Shown piece after piece: positions 25,565 to 37,816 of a stretch of 64,000 nucleotides of DNA (the first letter of the stretch is position 1; every line of letters begins with the position of its first letter). The translations under genes were made by a program, and so were the position numbers. The notes under the pieces were generated by a model, which ran no database searches, was not told the DNA's origin, and was given only the letters and a program-made list of their open reading frames with translations. This DNA comes from Octopus vulgaris. Taxonomy: Eukaryota. The stretch lies in NCBI GenBank assembly GCA_951406725.2, contig OX597817.1:171988001-172052000 (forward strand), given 5' to 3'.

Positions 25565-25956
25565 CTTATTCCTTTATTGCCTACAAGGGGCTAAACATAG
25601 AGGGGACAAATAAGGACAGACAAAGGTATTAAGTCGATTATACCGACCCCAGTGTGTAACTGGTACTTAATTCATCGACCCCGAAAGGATGAAAGGCAAA
25701 GTCGACCTCGGCGGAATTTGAACTCACAACGTAACGGCAGACGAAATACCTATTTCTTTACTACCCACAAAGGGCTAAACACAGAAGGGACAACAAAGAC
25801 AGACAAACGGATTAAGTCGATTATATCGATCCTAGTGCGTAAATGGTACTTATTTAATCGACCATGAAAAGATGAAAGGCAAAGTCGATCTCGGCAGACG
25901 AAATACGGCTACGCATTTCGCCCAGCGTGCTTACGTTTCTGCCAGCTCGCTGCCTT
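25565..25956 (-). mobile_element. SINE family 4 (Nin/Deu-like core), tandem partial dimer
   Basis: Core ATCGACCCCGAAAGGATGAAAGGCAAAGTCGAC present twice; head GGCAGCGAGCTGGCAGAA. Confidence 0.85.
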
Positions 25957-25974
25957 GCGAGCTGGCAGGCTCGC

Positions 25975-26212
25975 AAGGCAGCGAGCTGGCAGAATTATTA
26001 CGTTCTTGCAGAATCGTTAGCATGCCGGGGAAAATGCTTAGCTGCATTTCGTCCGTCTTTATGTTCTGAGTTCAAATTCAGCCGAGGTCGACTTTGCTTT
26101 ACATCCTTTCGGGTTCGAGAGATTAAGTACCAGTGAAACAATGGGGTCGATGTAATCGACTAATCACCCCCCTCCGAAATTGCAGGCTTTGTGCCTATTG
26201 TTGAAAGGATTA
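25975..26212 (+). mobile_element. SINE family 4
   Basis: GCGAGCTGGCAGAA..GAGTTCAAATTC..CATCCTTTCGGG..AAGTACCAG. Confidence 0.85.
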
Positions 26213-26278
26213 TAAATTATTAAATAACATTGAGCATTAACTAAATTCTTTTATTCGCTGCAAAATGTGTGTGGGCGG

Positions 26279-26310
<32 letters not shown>

Positions 26311-26797
26311 ACACACATACGGGTTCTCTAGGGAACTTGCCTCCCTTGTAGTCCTAATTTGAGTGCTTTATCGTGGCTAAGAGTTGTTGACTCCTATTTC
26401 TAGCAATGCTGGTGCTAAGTAGTACTCTTAGTCACTTTAGTGACGTCTATAGTTCTGCCTTTCGGTTGTAAATTGATAATATTAAACTCACTCACACACA
26501 CACACACATATATGAATGAATTAATGGATGCATGTATGTATGTATGTATGTATGTATGTATACATATATACATACATGCATGCATAACTACATACATACA
26601 TACATACATACTTACATACATACATACATACATGCATGCATAACTACATACATACATACATACATACATAATACATACATACATACGTACGTACATACAT
26701 ACAAACATAGATACATACATACATACATACATACATACACTCACACATACACACATACATACATACATACGTACACACACATACCAACATACATACA

Positions 26798-26831
<34 letters not shown>

Positions 26832-27032
26832 CATACATACATACATACATACATACATACACACATACATACATACATACACTTACACATACACATACAT
26901 ACATACATACATATGTGTGTGTATATGTATGTTTTATTTCCGGATATCCGACAATGTCTGAATGAATATCCTAGCTCTGTCTATTCTCCCCACTTCTCGT
27001 GTATTGTACACATTTAGTAGTAGTAGTAGTAT

Positions 27033-27114
<82 letters not shown>

Positions 27115-27537
27115 GATAGTAAAGACGGGGTTCTTGGTAAACCAACTATTGCATAAGGGTAAGCTATGATATCGCTTACTCGAAAAGTGTCTGAAGCACA
27201 GGAATCCTGCTCTCTCCCTCTCTCCCCCTCTCTCCGTTTCCCAACTGCTCACTCTCTCACTCTCTCACTCTCTCCCTCTCTGTCTGTCTGTCTGTCTATC
27301 TTTCTCTCCGTCTCTCCATCGCCCTCTCTTTTTAAAGTATGCGCTCACACGCAAACACACATATAGGAAAACGATGTCATGCACACACACACACACGTAC
27401 ACACACACACACACACACACACATCAATGTGGGCTCTACTTCTCCATAGTGACTTGATCTGCTATAAATAGCAAGTAAATCCCCTTACCAGTGCCTTAAC
27501 AAAGGAAACATTACTTATTGCAGAGCGTGGTTCTATA

Positions 27538-27578
<41 letters not shown>

Positions 27579-27680
27579 TACATATATATGTATATATATA
27601 TATATATATATAATATATATACATATATATGTATATATATATATATATATAATATAATATATATATACATATACATATAC

Positions 27681-27893
<213 letters not shown>

Positions 27894-28361
27894 ATAAAAG
27901 TTGGGATGGCCATGTCTGGCATGCTTTTGATCGTAGGCCTGCTGACTGGATACTGATCAGGGATAAATAACCACACAACGCCAAAATTCAAGTGGCAGCA
28001 TGCATCGTGGAGATATGCGTGTGTGGGTCAGGTAAACTATATGAAATAGGTAACAGCATTCTGTGCACTTACGTAAATGTAGATACACACACACGTACAC
28101 ACAGACACACCGATACGTAAATGCACGTACATATGTATATGTATGTACGTGTGTGTGTGTGTATGCGTATGTGTATGTATGTGTGTGTGTGTATGTGTAG
28201 AGATAATATGGACTTTACTTCTAATTTCATATGTTTGTGTGTGTGTTTATATAGGTATGTGTATATGTCTGTATAAATATATATATATGCATACATATTC
28301 ACGCACACACACACGCGCGCGCACAGACACACACACACACATGCGGTAGAAACATTATTTA

Positions 28362-28664
28362 TTTATGCGCCCTTTTCAAGCCTAGCCAGGCTCATGGGCC
28401 CGGTTTCCAGGTTTCTGTGGTGTATGTGTTCCTCCCAGCTGGACGGGACGCTAGTCCGCCGCAGCGTTACTCAAGAAACAGGAAGAGAGAGTGAGAGAAA
28501 GTTGTGGCGAAAGAGTACAACAGGGGTCACCACTACCCCCTACCGGAGCCTCGTGGAGCTTTAGGTGTTTTCGCTCAATAAACACACACAACGCCCGGTC
28601 TGGGAATCGAAACCGCAATCCTCCGACCGCGAGTCTGCTGCCCTAACCACTGGGCCATTGCGCC
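28362..28664 (-). mobile_element. tRNA-derived SINE
   Basis: Head GGCGCAATGGCCCAGTGGTTAGGGCAGCAGACTCGCGG..GTTTCGATTCC; 3' part shared with family 3. Confidence 0.85.
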
Positions 28665-28982
28665 ACCCTGTAGAAACATATATACACGTATATTTCGTTT
28701 GTCTGTCCTTGTTTGTCCCCTCTATGTTTAGCCCCTTGTGGGTAGTAAAGAAATAGATATATACACGTATATACACGTCCTGAGAAAACCTATCGTTTGG
28801 AAGATATGCGATTCATCCCGATTGAAAACATTGGATACACCAACTAGACAATCACTCATACACAAATAAGCCATAACACATAACACAGTTCTACGTACAA
28901 AGTCCATATGCGAACGTAGGAACAATATAGGGAAAACATTTAAAATAATAACAAATTTTGATTGGGTATAAAATATTTTGTT

Positions 28983-29258
28983 GAGGTGCGTAGCTTAGTG
29001 GTTAGGGTGTTGGACTCATGGTCATAAAATTGTGGTTTCTAGTCTTGAACAGAGCAATGCGTTGTGCTCTTGAGCGAAACACTTCCTTTCTTGTTGTTAT
29101 GGTCAGCTCAGCTGGTAAAATGAATAATCCTGCATCAAACCAGCGTCCCGTCCAGCGAGTAATGTATTCTCCACGGAGACCGGGAAACCGGGAAACCGGG
29201 AGACCGGGAAACCGGGAAACCGGGCTTATGATTCTGTGTGACATGGAAAGGATCTTTG
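28983..29258 (+). mobile_element. SINE family 3 with internal 8-bp CCGGGAAA tandem expansion
   Basis: A-box TAGCTTAGTGG; repeat at ~29180-29225. Confidence 0.75.
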
Positions 29259-29569
29259 TCCTTCTTATTTTATTGAACACTTTATTCGTTAATGCTTCTC
29301 GTTCAGTAAACGCCATCTTGCCGATTATTTAGCTCGACATTATACACACGAGGAAATCTCTCCTGTTTTCTTTTACTCTTTTGGCAATTCAGCCTCGGCC
29401 AAGAATTGAAATATTTGACATCTTTATTGATACGTACGATGGAGAGCCATAGTGTAACCTTTTGCCTAAAATTTCTTGCAGTTAGAAGTATTCACGGTAA
29501 TGACAGATTCTTAATATGAGCAGAACAGGGACAAGTTTAAGAAGGTACTAACAAGGCTTTTATTGGGAA

Positions 29570-29933
29570 CTAGCAGTATAGCCCGGCGTTGCTCGGGTTT
29601 GTTTCGACCCTTTAGAACTGAAACTTTTGAAAAGTAAAAATGTTGCATTATGTAGCTTGTTATTCTCTTTAAGTGAACCTTTTTCTGGTTGAAATACACT
29701 GAAAAATGGCGACACAGCAACCAAAAAATCGTAAAAAATAGGGATTTTATAGAAAAAAAGCACCTTTTTGATGTAAATAATTTTTGGCCTTAACATGGTC
29801 CGATTTTAATTTTATCGTCTACGGAATGAAGAGCAAGCCTTCTTCTATCATACTCTCAATTTTGGTCAACTTGCGCCGCAGGGTCTCAAACCTGCCATAC
29901 ACACACAGACAACTTCAGCTTTATATATATAGA
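29570..29933 (-). mobile_element. Non-autonomous Helitron
   Basis: Minus strand: 5' TCTATATATATAAAG, hairpin CCCGAGCAACGCCGGG, 3' CTAG, A|T site. Confidence 0.85.
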
Positions 29934-30669
29934 TTAGGATTGCGTATTACTTGTGGAAACTAATGTTATTGACATTTGTTTGGAATTTACTATGACCCCA
30001 ATGAAAAGTTATTTTATATAGGAGTTCTAATCATCCACCTTCTCATTTTACGTAATCCCTAACATTATCAAACGCAGACGATCTTTATCTGCCCATAAAA
30101 CCATATTTTATCGAAGTACTTCTCACTATTATAAAGCAGCCCCATGAACAGCGGGTTCTCCGAGAAGATTCATGGTCTTGTTTTTCTGACTGAAATCGCA
30201 GGAACAGAAAGCAGATGTTTTGTGGTCATAATTCGTTTTAAAAGTAATATCCTTTTGAAATATATATATATAAATAATAATGGTGGCTTATTCACAATTT
30301 ACAACCGAAAGGCAGAGCGATAGACGTCACTAAAGTGACTAAGGGTACTTCAATAGCGATTGTATTTAAGTGAGCTATTTTACATGTAAAGCACTTCTTA
30401 GCTAGTTCCATCAGCAGCTACAATGTTATAGTTTATTTTTCAGCACAATTAATTCAAATCCTGTACCTACCTGTAACGGTGCCAATCAAGAAATTTACGC
30501 TTTGGATGGTAATTACTTGGCAAAGGCATTTGTAAATTTTCCATTGTATAATTCGCTTTTCGAAATCGATAGTTTATTGTGCGAAGGAATTTACAGGTAA
30601 TGATTCAGTTTCTATGGATTATACCGAGTTGATTTTTTGAAATTCTGTTTGGACGGCGCTTCTGGCATA

Positions 30670-30897
30670 CCTATTTCTTTACTACCCACAAGGGGCTAAA
30701 CACAGAGGGGACAGACAAGGACAGACAAACGGATTAAGTCGATTACACCGACCACAGTGCGTAACTGGTACTTAATTTATCGACCCCGAAAGGATGAAAG
30801 GCAAAGTCAACCTCGGCGGAATTTGAACTCAGAACGTAACGGCAGACGAAATACGGCTACGCATTTCGCCCGGCCTGCTAACGTTTCTGCCAGCTCA
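30670..30897 (-). mobile_element. SINE family 4, near full length
   Basis: Same head, core and tail as the 25565 and 51474 copies. Confidence 0.88.
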
Positions 30898-31552
30898 TTG
30901 TTAACCAAAGTTAACAACGAACATATTGCTGTTATAAGTGTGAAACGAGCATTAGCAAAAAGTGTAATATTTAAAAAGACCAAACTTTATGTAAATAAGA
31001 TCAGAAAATGTAACCTCTCATCGCCGCCAAAAAATAGTTTTCCTGACGTAAAAATCACTGACACCAATAATAACTTTGAAAGTTATATTGGAATCATTCA
31101 GTATTTGCAAAACGAAACTAATCTCAGTCGCCTTAAATGAGGCAGAATAACTGGATCTGGGCTGCGAGAAATGAGATGCCGAACATCCACTTAATAACTT
31201 TAGACAAGAAACATTTAATCCTTCTTTTAATTTATTCTCGTTGTGTATCGAAATTCTTGTTAGAATATAAATATCATAATCAGGTTTAAGCTTTGTTATT
31301 ACTTTTCTAGTTCCCTAGATTCTATTAGTAAACTCTAAATCAAGCTGTTCTTCATCTCTTCATCTTTAACATTTACCACTGAATTGTTATCTATAAACTT
31401 TAAAATTATAATTGTAATCTAACGGACCAAAGGAGAGGCGTAGTAACTCTTTTTAAGTTTGTCTACAAGGGATCTCACCTTCAACAAATTTCAGGTTTAA
31501 TATTAGAATTATATTTCACGTGTATACACACATACATACATACATACATACA

Positions 31553-31630
<78 letters not shown>

Positions 31631-31703
31631 GGTCCCGGGTTGATTCGGGGTTAACCACAGTAAATAAGGTACTCAATACATAGCAGAGTAAAATTAATTT
31701 ATT

Positions 31704-31812
31704 ATATAGAAGGAGTTTCTACAGGACTAGAACTGTTTCATTCAAGAGAAATCTTCAGGAAGCTCCTGAAGATTTCTCTTGAATGAAACAGTTCTAGTCC
31801 TGTAGAAGCTCC

Positions 31813-31820
<8 letters not shown>
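31704..31820. ncRNA. Palindrome with a hammerhead on each strand
   Basis: Both strands read CTGAAGA-TTTCTCTTGAAT-GAAA-CAG..CTG-TA^GAA(G/A)CT. Confidence 0.8.
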
Positions 31821-31870
<50 letters not shown>

Positions 31871-31873
<3 letters not shown>

Positions 31874-32581
31874 AATTAAGGACTGAACACGAAAAGTGGA
31901 CAGTCAACATGCTAGATATAGACGTCAAATCGTCATTCTCCACAAAAGATTATGTTCTCAGATCAAACTCAAACTTCAGTCCTTAATTGGTATATATAAA
32001 TATTTTAATCTTCGGATTCTTTTTTAATATGCTAGACCACTGGTCTTAATTGATAAATATCAATTTCTACCCTTAATTAATTTTATATAAATAAATGTTC
32101 TCTAACCGATAAATTAACTGCTGCTAATTATTAGCTGCAGGCTAGTTTTCTCGGGTCTCAACGCGCCAAAGTAAAGGCATTTGAAAGATATATTCAAATG
32201 TAATAGGCTGAACTCCATGCACGCGATATTTCGGTATCGTGTTTGCATTTAGTCCAGCAAATTACATTTATAACGGACCATGCTGATGATGGCTGCAGTT
32301 TTCCTTGCGGAAAATAACAGCTGAAACTAAGTTAGTACATGGGTAATTATTTTATTTCGTATATTTTTCACTTGTTTATTGCTATGGTTTTGTGTTGAGT
32401 TTGATCTGAGAACATAATCTTTTGTGGAGAATGACGATTTGACGTCTATATCTAGCATGTTGACTGTCCACTTTTCGTGTTCAGTCCTTAATTGGTATAT
32501 ATAAATATTTTAATCTTCGGATTCTTTTTTAATATGCTAGACCACTGGTCTTAATTGATAAATATCAATTTCTACCCTTAA

Positions 32582-32586
<5 letters not shown>
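31871..32586 (+). mobile_element. Retrozyme/Penelope-derived non-autonomous element
   Basis: Direct repeat 31975-32081/32480-32586 (505-bp period), inverted copy 31871-31972/32395-32496, internal HHR, (TA)n flanks. Confidence 0.85.
32278..32342 (+). ncRNA. Type I hammerhead ribozyme, canonical core
   Basis: CCATG-CTGATGA-T-GGCTG..TTTTCC-TTGC-GGAAAA..CAGCT-GAAA-CTAA-G-TTAG-TA^CATGG; predicted cut after 32337. Confidence 0.85.
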
Positions 32587-32632
<46 letters not shown>

Positions 32633-32637
32633 TGTAT

Positions 32638-32758
32638 ATCAGCCGAAATTGCGAGGATGATCCGGTTCTTGACTGAAGATTAGAGGCTTCGAATGACCCG
32701 TCCGTTTTTTGTGTCGCCTATTTGAGTGTTTTGCGTTCTTGTCCCATTTTGTATTTTT
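32638..32758 (+). mobile_element. (TA)n-embedded family C fragment
   Basis: CAGCCGAAATTGCGAGGATGATCCGG..GACTGAAGA..TTCGAATGACCC..TTCTTGTCCC recurs at ~45160, 55134 and 57721. Confidence 0.8.
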
Positions 32759-32761
32759 ATA

Positions 32762-32794
<33 letters not shown>

Positions 32795-32800
32795 AATATA

Positions 32801-32836
<36 letters not shown>

Positions 32837-32848
32837 TGTATGTATATA

Positions 32849-33048
32849 GTTAATCCAAACATGAAAACACTACAACGCGAGGACGTGGAACAAGTATAGT
32901 GTTATTGGACGCTCAGGAAAGGAAAGAAAGGAGGATTTAACGTTTCGAGCGGAGCTCTTCGTCAGAAACATAGAAAAAGGAAAGGTCCAAGGAAGGGAAG
33001 ACGGAAAAGGAAAATCGCCAATGATACACATGCGGTCACATATTGAAC
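32849..33048 (-). mobile_element. HHR-bearing short element, family B
   Basis: Minus strand 32935-32969 GTTT-CTGACGA-A-GAGC-TCC-GCTC-GAAA-CG-TT^AAAT; relative at 49375. Confidence 0.8.
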
Positions 33049-33056
33049 TAAACCCC

Positions 33057-33151
<95 letters not shown>

Positions 33152-33152
<1 letters not shown>

Positions 33153-33541
33153 GGCGCAGGAGTGGCTGTGTGGTAAGTAGCTTGTTTATCAACCACATGG
33201 TTCCGGGTTCAGTCCCACTGCGTGGCATCTTGGGCAAGTGTCTTCTACTATAGCCTCGGGCCGACCAAAGCCTTGTGAGTGGATTTGGTAGACGGAAACT
33301 GAAAGAAGCCCGTCGTATATATGAATATATATATATGTATATGCGTGTGTGTTTGTGTGTCTGTGTTTGTCCCCCTAGCATTGCTTGACAACCGATGCTG
33401 GTGTGTTTATGTCCCCGTTACTTAGCGGTTTGGCAAAAGAGACCGATAGAATAAGTACTGGGCTTCCAAAAAGAATAAGTCCTGGGATCGAGTTGCTTGA
33501 TTAAAGGCGGTGCTCCAGCATGGCCGCAGTCAAATGACTGA
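33152..33541 (+). mobile_element. SINE family 1, full length
   Basis: Complete head, body, internal microsatellite and 3' part. Confidence 0.92.
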
Positions 33542-33726
33542 TATATATATATATATATATATATGAAGAATATGAAGGGTTTAGTTCACTGGAGATCTAA
33601 ACGAATTGGTACTCTAAGTGCTATAATTGGTCATCCGTTAGGTTCCAAGTTCACAGCTGAGACTAGAGCTAGGGATTTTCATTAGGCTTCCAAGTTAGCA
33701 GGTATATATTATATTAGAGGGAAAAA

Positions 33727-34340
33727 TGACAACAAAAACCAAGGCAAGAGGAGTATCATTTAGAATATTTAATTAGGGTAAGGTGAATTTGAAGTCTTAC
33801 AGCTGTTTCTGGGATATCCCAAGTAATAGGCTAACATGTCTGTATACTGGGTATTTTGTCATCAGAGACAAGGTGAGTGTGTATGAAAGTTCTTGACAGG
33901 GTAGTTCACAGTTTACAAGGAATAAAATAGTAGGTAGAAAAATAAAGTGTAAAATAGTAGATAGAAGAATACAGGCAGGAGATTAAAGTTCACAGCCCCT
34001 CTCCTTTTCCAGAGGGTATAGAGGTTGGTCTGTACTTTCGCGAAGGTATAGGCACTTAGGTATAATCCCAGGTAAATCAAGGCAGTATTTTGAATGTTGA
34101 AGGTATAGATTAAATGGTTAACTAGTTTGAAGAAGTTTCACGTGGACCTTTTTCATACTAGCTTGTCTTTGATGATGGAATACCCACCTTCTCTCTGATG
34201 ACGGACTACCCAGTGTACGGACAAGCTAGCCTATCACTTGGGATATCCCAGAAACAGCAGTAAGACTTCAAATTAGCCTTACCCTAATTAAATCTTCTAA
34301 ATGACTCGAGACACTCGTCCTGCTTTAGTTTTTGTTGTCC
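33727..34340. mobile_element. Inverted pair of diverged HHR-containing repeats
   Basis: Minus HHR at 33794-33869 and plus HHR at 34192-34266, both CTGATGA..GAAA-CAGC(T/A)G-TA^AGAC. Confidence 0.78.
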
Positions 34341-34395
34341 TTCATATATATGTGTGTATGTGCGTGTGTGTGTGTTTGTGTATGTGTGCATGTAT

Positions 34396-34663
34396 GTGAA
34401 GCAGGTTAAGGAGGGGATCGACACTTTTGAGAGAGCACGTATCCAGCATGAAGAACTTAGGCGAGCTGCGCGAAAGCGCACGACACGTATAGTGAATGGG
34501 GAAAGCTTGGTCTGCAATGTTTGCAGTCGTGTATGCTTGTCAAGAGCAGGGCTCATTAGCTACCAACGGAGCCGCAAATGCAAAACATGAGTTAGTCCTA
34601 GAGCGCACAATGTTCCTGAAGGTCGGCAATGGTCTTCCTCGGTCACGAGTGGACGGCCATCAT
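34396..34663 (+). mobile_element. RTE-clade LINE 3' end
   Basis: KQVKEGIDTFERAR..CNVCSRVCLSRAGLISYQRSR, C-terminal Zn-finger-like tail typical of RTE ORFs, followed by a short UTR and microsatellite. Confidence 0.72.
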
Positions 34664-35055
34664 GTATGTATGTATGTATGTATGTATGTATGTATGTATG
34701 TATGTATGTATCTTTTTTCCCCACCAAAATGCTCAGGCCACAAGCGGATGGTGTAACAGACTATTTCCTCAGTATCCCCAGCAGTTCAAAGACTGAATAC
34801 GGCAGGATATTTAACTTAGCAAAGTTTGATGATTATGATCACAACTACTCTGACTGATTTTGAATGATTTTGAAACTATGAGTGACAGGAGCTGACTGTC
34901 TCCTGTACGTGTAAAAATATGTAATTATTCTGCTTTCGTCATTTTGTCATAATCAACTTGCTTGATCACAACACGCACGCATACAGCCACACACACACAC
35001 ACACAGCATACACAAACATGCCTATATACATACTCATAAGTATACCAATATATAT

Positions 35056-35268
35056 CTTTTATCTTTTATCTTTTACTTGTTTCAGTCATTTGACTGCGGC
35101 CATGCTGGAGCACCGCCTCTAGTCGAGCAAATTGACCTCGGGACTTATTCTTTGTAAGCCCAGTACTTATTCTATCGGTCTCTTTTGCCGAACCGCTAGG
35201 TGACGGGGACGTAAACACACCAGCATCGGTTGTCAAGCAATGCTAGGGGGACAAACACAGACACACAA

Positions 35269-35299
<31 letters not shown>

Positions 35300-35471
35300 C
35301 ATATATACGACAGGCTTCTTTCAGTTTCCGTCTACCAAATCCACTCACAAGGCATTGGTCGGCCCGGGGCTATAGCAGAAGACACTTGCCCAAGATGCCA
35401 CGCAGTGGGACTGAACCCGGAACCATGTGGTTGGTTAGCAAGCTACTTACCACACAGCCACTCCTACGCCT
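35056..35471 (-). mobile_element. SINE family 1, full length
   Basis: Complete reverse-complement copy with (TCTTTTA)n tail. Confidence 0.92.
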
Positions 35472-36034
35472 GTTTATATGTTTATATTTAGAATACTGAA
35501 TCAGTATTTTTTTAAAAAATCAGTATTAAAATCAGTATTTAAAAAACTGTAATTAAGAGTTTATCTTGTAATTAGGCAAAGAATTGATTGTATCAGAACA
35601 TGATCAAAAAACATAGAAGGCTATTTTTGAAATCGTGAAATGTTACTGGTGACCAGGAAATGTTTCAACACCATAATTCTATTTCATCCACCCCTTTTGA
35701 ACAGCATATGAGTAAAATTTAGCAGACGGAGGGACAGTCACTGTTCTTATGACTCTTTAGCATCAACCCTCCGAGGCAAATCACTTTCATACGCTAACTG
35801 AAGTTCACTCTGGGGCAAATATTCTAATTAAGTGATCTGAGGATCAATTCCTATCTTCCACCTACGGGTATCATCTGCACTAGAAAAGGTTTTGTGTGGT
35901 GTACTCAGTTCCCAAATGAAAATGGACGTGCAAATATACATACATACATACATACATACATACATACATACATACATACATACATACATACATACATACG
36001 TATGTATAAGTGTATGTATATCCATTTTCATTCG

Positions 36035-36220
36035 TGCCCGAAATCCACGAGTTTTTTTATACTCTCTCTGTTTATTTCCTAGTGTTCCTTTCTGTTGAAG
36101 AGCGTAGGCTCGAAACGTAAAAGACTTTCTCACCTTCCCGAGTGTCAAACTAAGATACCTACTTGTTTATACACCTGTATTCGTCTTTGGTTCTTTTGTT
36201 TTTCTGTAAATTTCGACTGT
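36035..36220 (+). mobile_element. HHR-bearing short element, family A
   Basis: 36088-36123 CTTT-CTGTTGA-A-GAGCGTAGGCTC-GAAA-CGTA^AAAG. Confidence 0.8.
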
Positions 36221-36236
36221 ATATATATATATATAT

Positions 36237-36903
36237 AATTGAGGGTAAAATTAATTAATTATTAATCAATTTCACCAAGTGTTCAGTATGCAAAGGGACC
36301 ATTTAAGGCGAATTCAAATTATTACATTATATAAAAGGGCTTAGTAAATAAATTACTTTGCCGCATACTGAACTCATTAGAAATAGCAGCTAAAAAACTT
36401 TTTTAAAGCTTATACCCTCAATTGTTGAAATTATAATTAATCTCCTCTAATTAATGCTTCGGATTTTACCGAAATAAGCATAGTGTTTGATGATTTTAAC
36501 CCACGCTGGTGGAAAGGGGAGAACAGAAATTCTTCGCTTGCTTATTTGAGTTTGTTGGCACTGTTAGTTGCGAGCAGATCTTCGAGAGCGATGAGAAGCC
36601 GAAAGGGTATGTTCTTACTTTCAGTGTTTCCAAATCCAAACCAAGGAGTTTCTGAGCTGATGATAGAAATGTCGTTTTGACTAATCTTGAAACGTACGTT
36701 CTCAAATAACCTTAGCATTTGATTTTTTGATGTCCTTACCCCCAAACTTTTGTGAGTTGAATTAAGCAAACACTATATGAGAGAGATTTTCTTTAAGTAT
36801 TAGAAATAGCTTTAAAAAAAGTTTTTTTAGCTGCTATTTCTAATGAGTTCAGTATGCGGCAAAGTAATTTATTTTACTAAGCCCTTTTATATAATGTAAT
36901 AAT
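36237..36903. mobile_element. Fold-back element between (TA)n tracts
   Basis: 36318-36410 is inverted relative to 36808-36903. Confidence 0.8.
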
Positions 36904-37193
36904 ATATATATATATATATATATATGGCCTGCTCGCTTAGCCGGCGGGGTGGTGGTCATTTGAAGGCTAAAACAATGCGGAGCGCATTGTGACCAGCGAT
37001 GTGTAGCAACATATGATAGCCTGGTCAGTCATGTGATCATGTGATATATATATATATTATAGGGAGAGAGATGGAGGCTGACAGCACACAGACTGATAGA
37101 TAGATGCAAATGTGTATATGTATCCTTAATATATATACATATATATTAATATATATAAATATATATATAAATGCCAAAACTATTCTTGTCACC

Positions 37194-37243
37194 TAGCTTC
37201 CTGATGATTTCTTTTGAATGAAACAGTTCTAGTCCTGTAGAAG

Positions 37244-37246
<3 letters not shown>
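37194..37246 (+). ncRNA. Type I hammerhead ribozyme, canonical core
   Basis: TAGCTTC-CTGATGA-TTTCTTTTGAAT-GAAA-CAG-TTCTAGTC-CTG-TA^GAAGCTA; 7-bp helix I. Confidence 0.82.
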
Positions 37247-37291
<45 letters not shown>

Positions 37292-37569
37292 TATACATAT
37301 ATATATATATAAACGTATATGCATTTATATATATATGCGTATATTTATGAATACATTATATACAATATACATATGTATGTATGTATGTATGTGACATGAT
37401 CAAAGGAATATTGTCGGGTCATTTGTAATAAAGTACACGAAAGAGAATCAAGATATTGAATGAATAACCGTGAGTCCGACAAATTACATTTTGTCGGGTT
37501 CACTGTTGTGAATCAATATGTATGTGTGGATGTGTACGTGTGTTTTGTGTGTGTATGTATGCATGTATG

Positions 37570-37615
<46 letters not shown>

Positions 37616-37694
37616 TACACATATATATATACATATATACATATATACATACATACAAACACAGATACATATAATTCATATAATATATATATAT

Positions 37695-37741
<47 letters not shown>

Positions 37742-37766
37742 CATATATGCACACATACACACAAAT

Positions 37767-37816
<50 letters not shown>

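Noticed and set aside
29180-29225. CRISPR-like or iteron repeat (CCGGGAAA)n
   Set aside because: No spacers; slippage within a SINE in eukaryotic DNA
34354-34590. Host C2H2 zinc-finger gene
   Set aside because: A single degenerate finger in the context of an RTE LINE C-terminus, starting within a microsatellite
35835-35885. Minus-strand CAGATGA-T-ACC-CGTA-GGT-GGAA HHR-like motif
   Set aside because: Two core mismatches and no helix I or III
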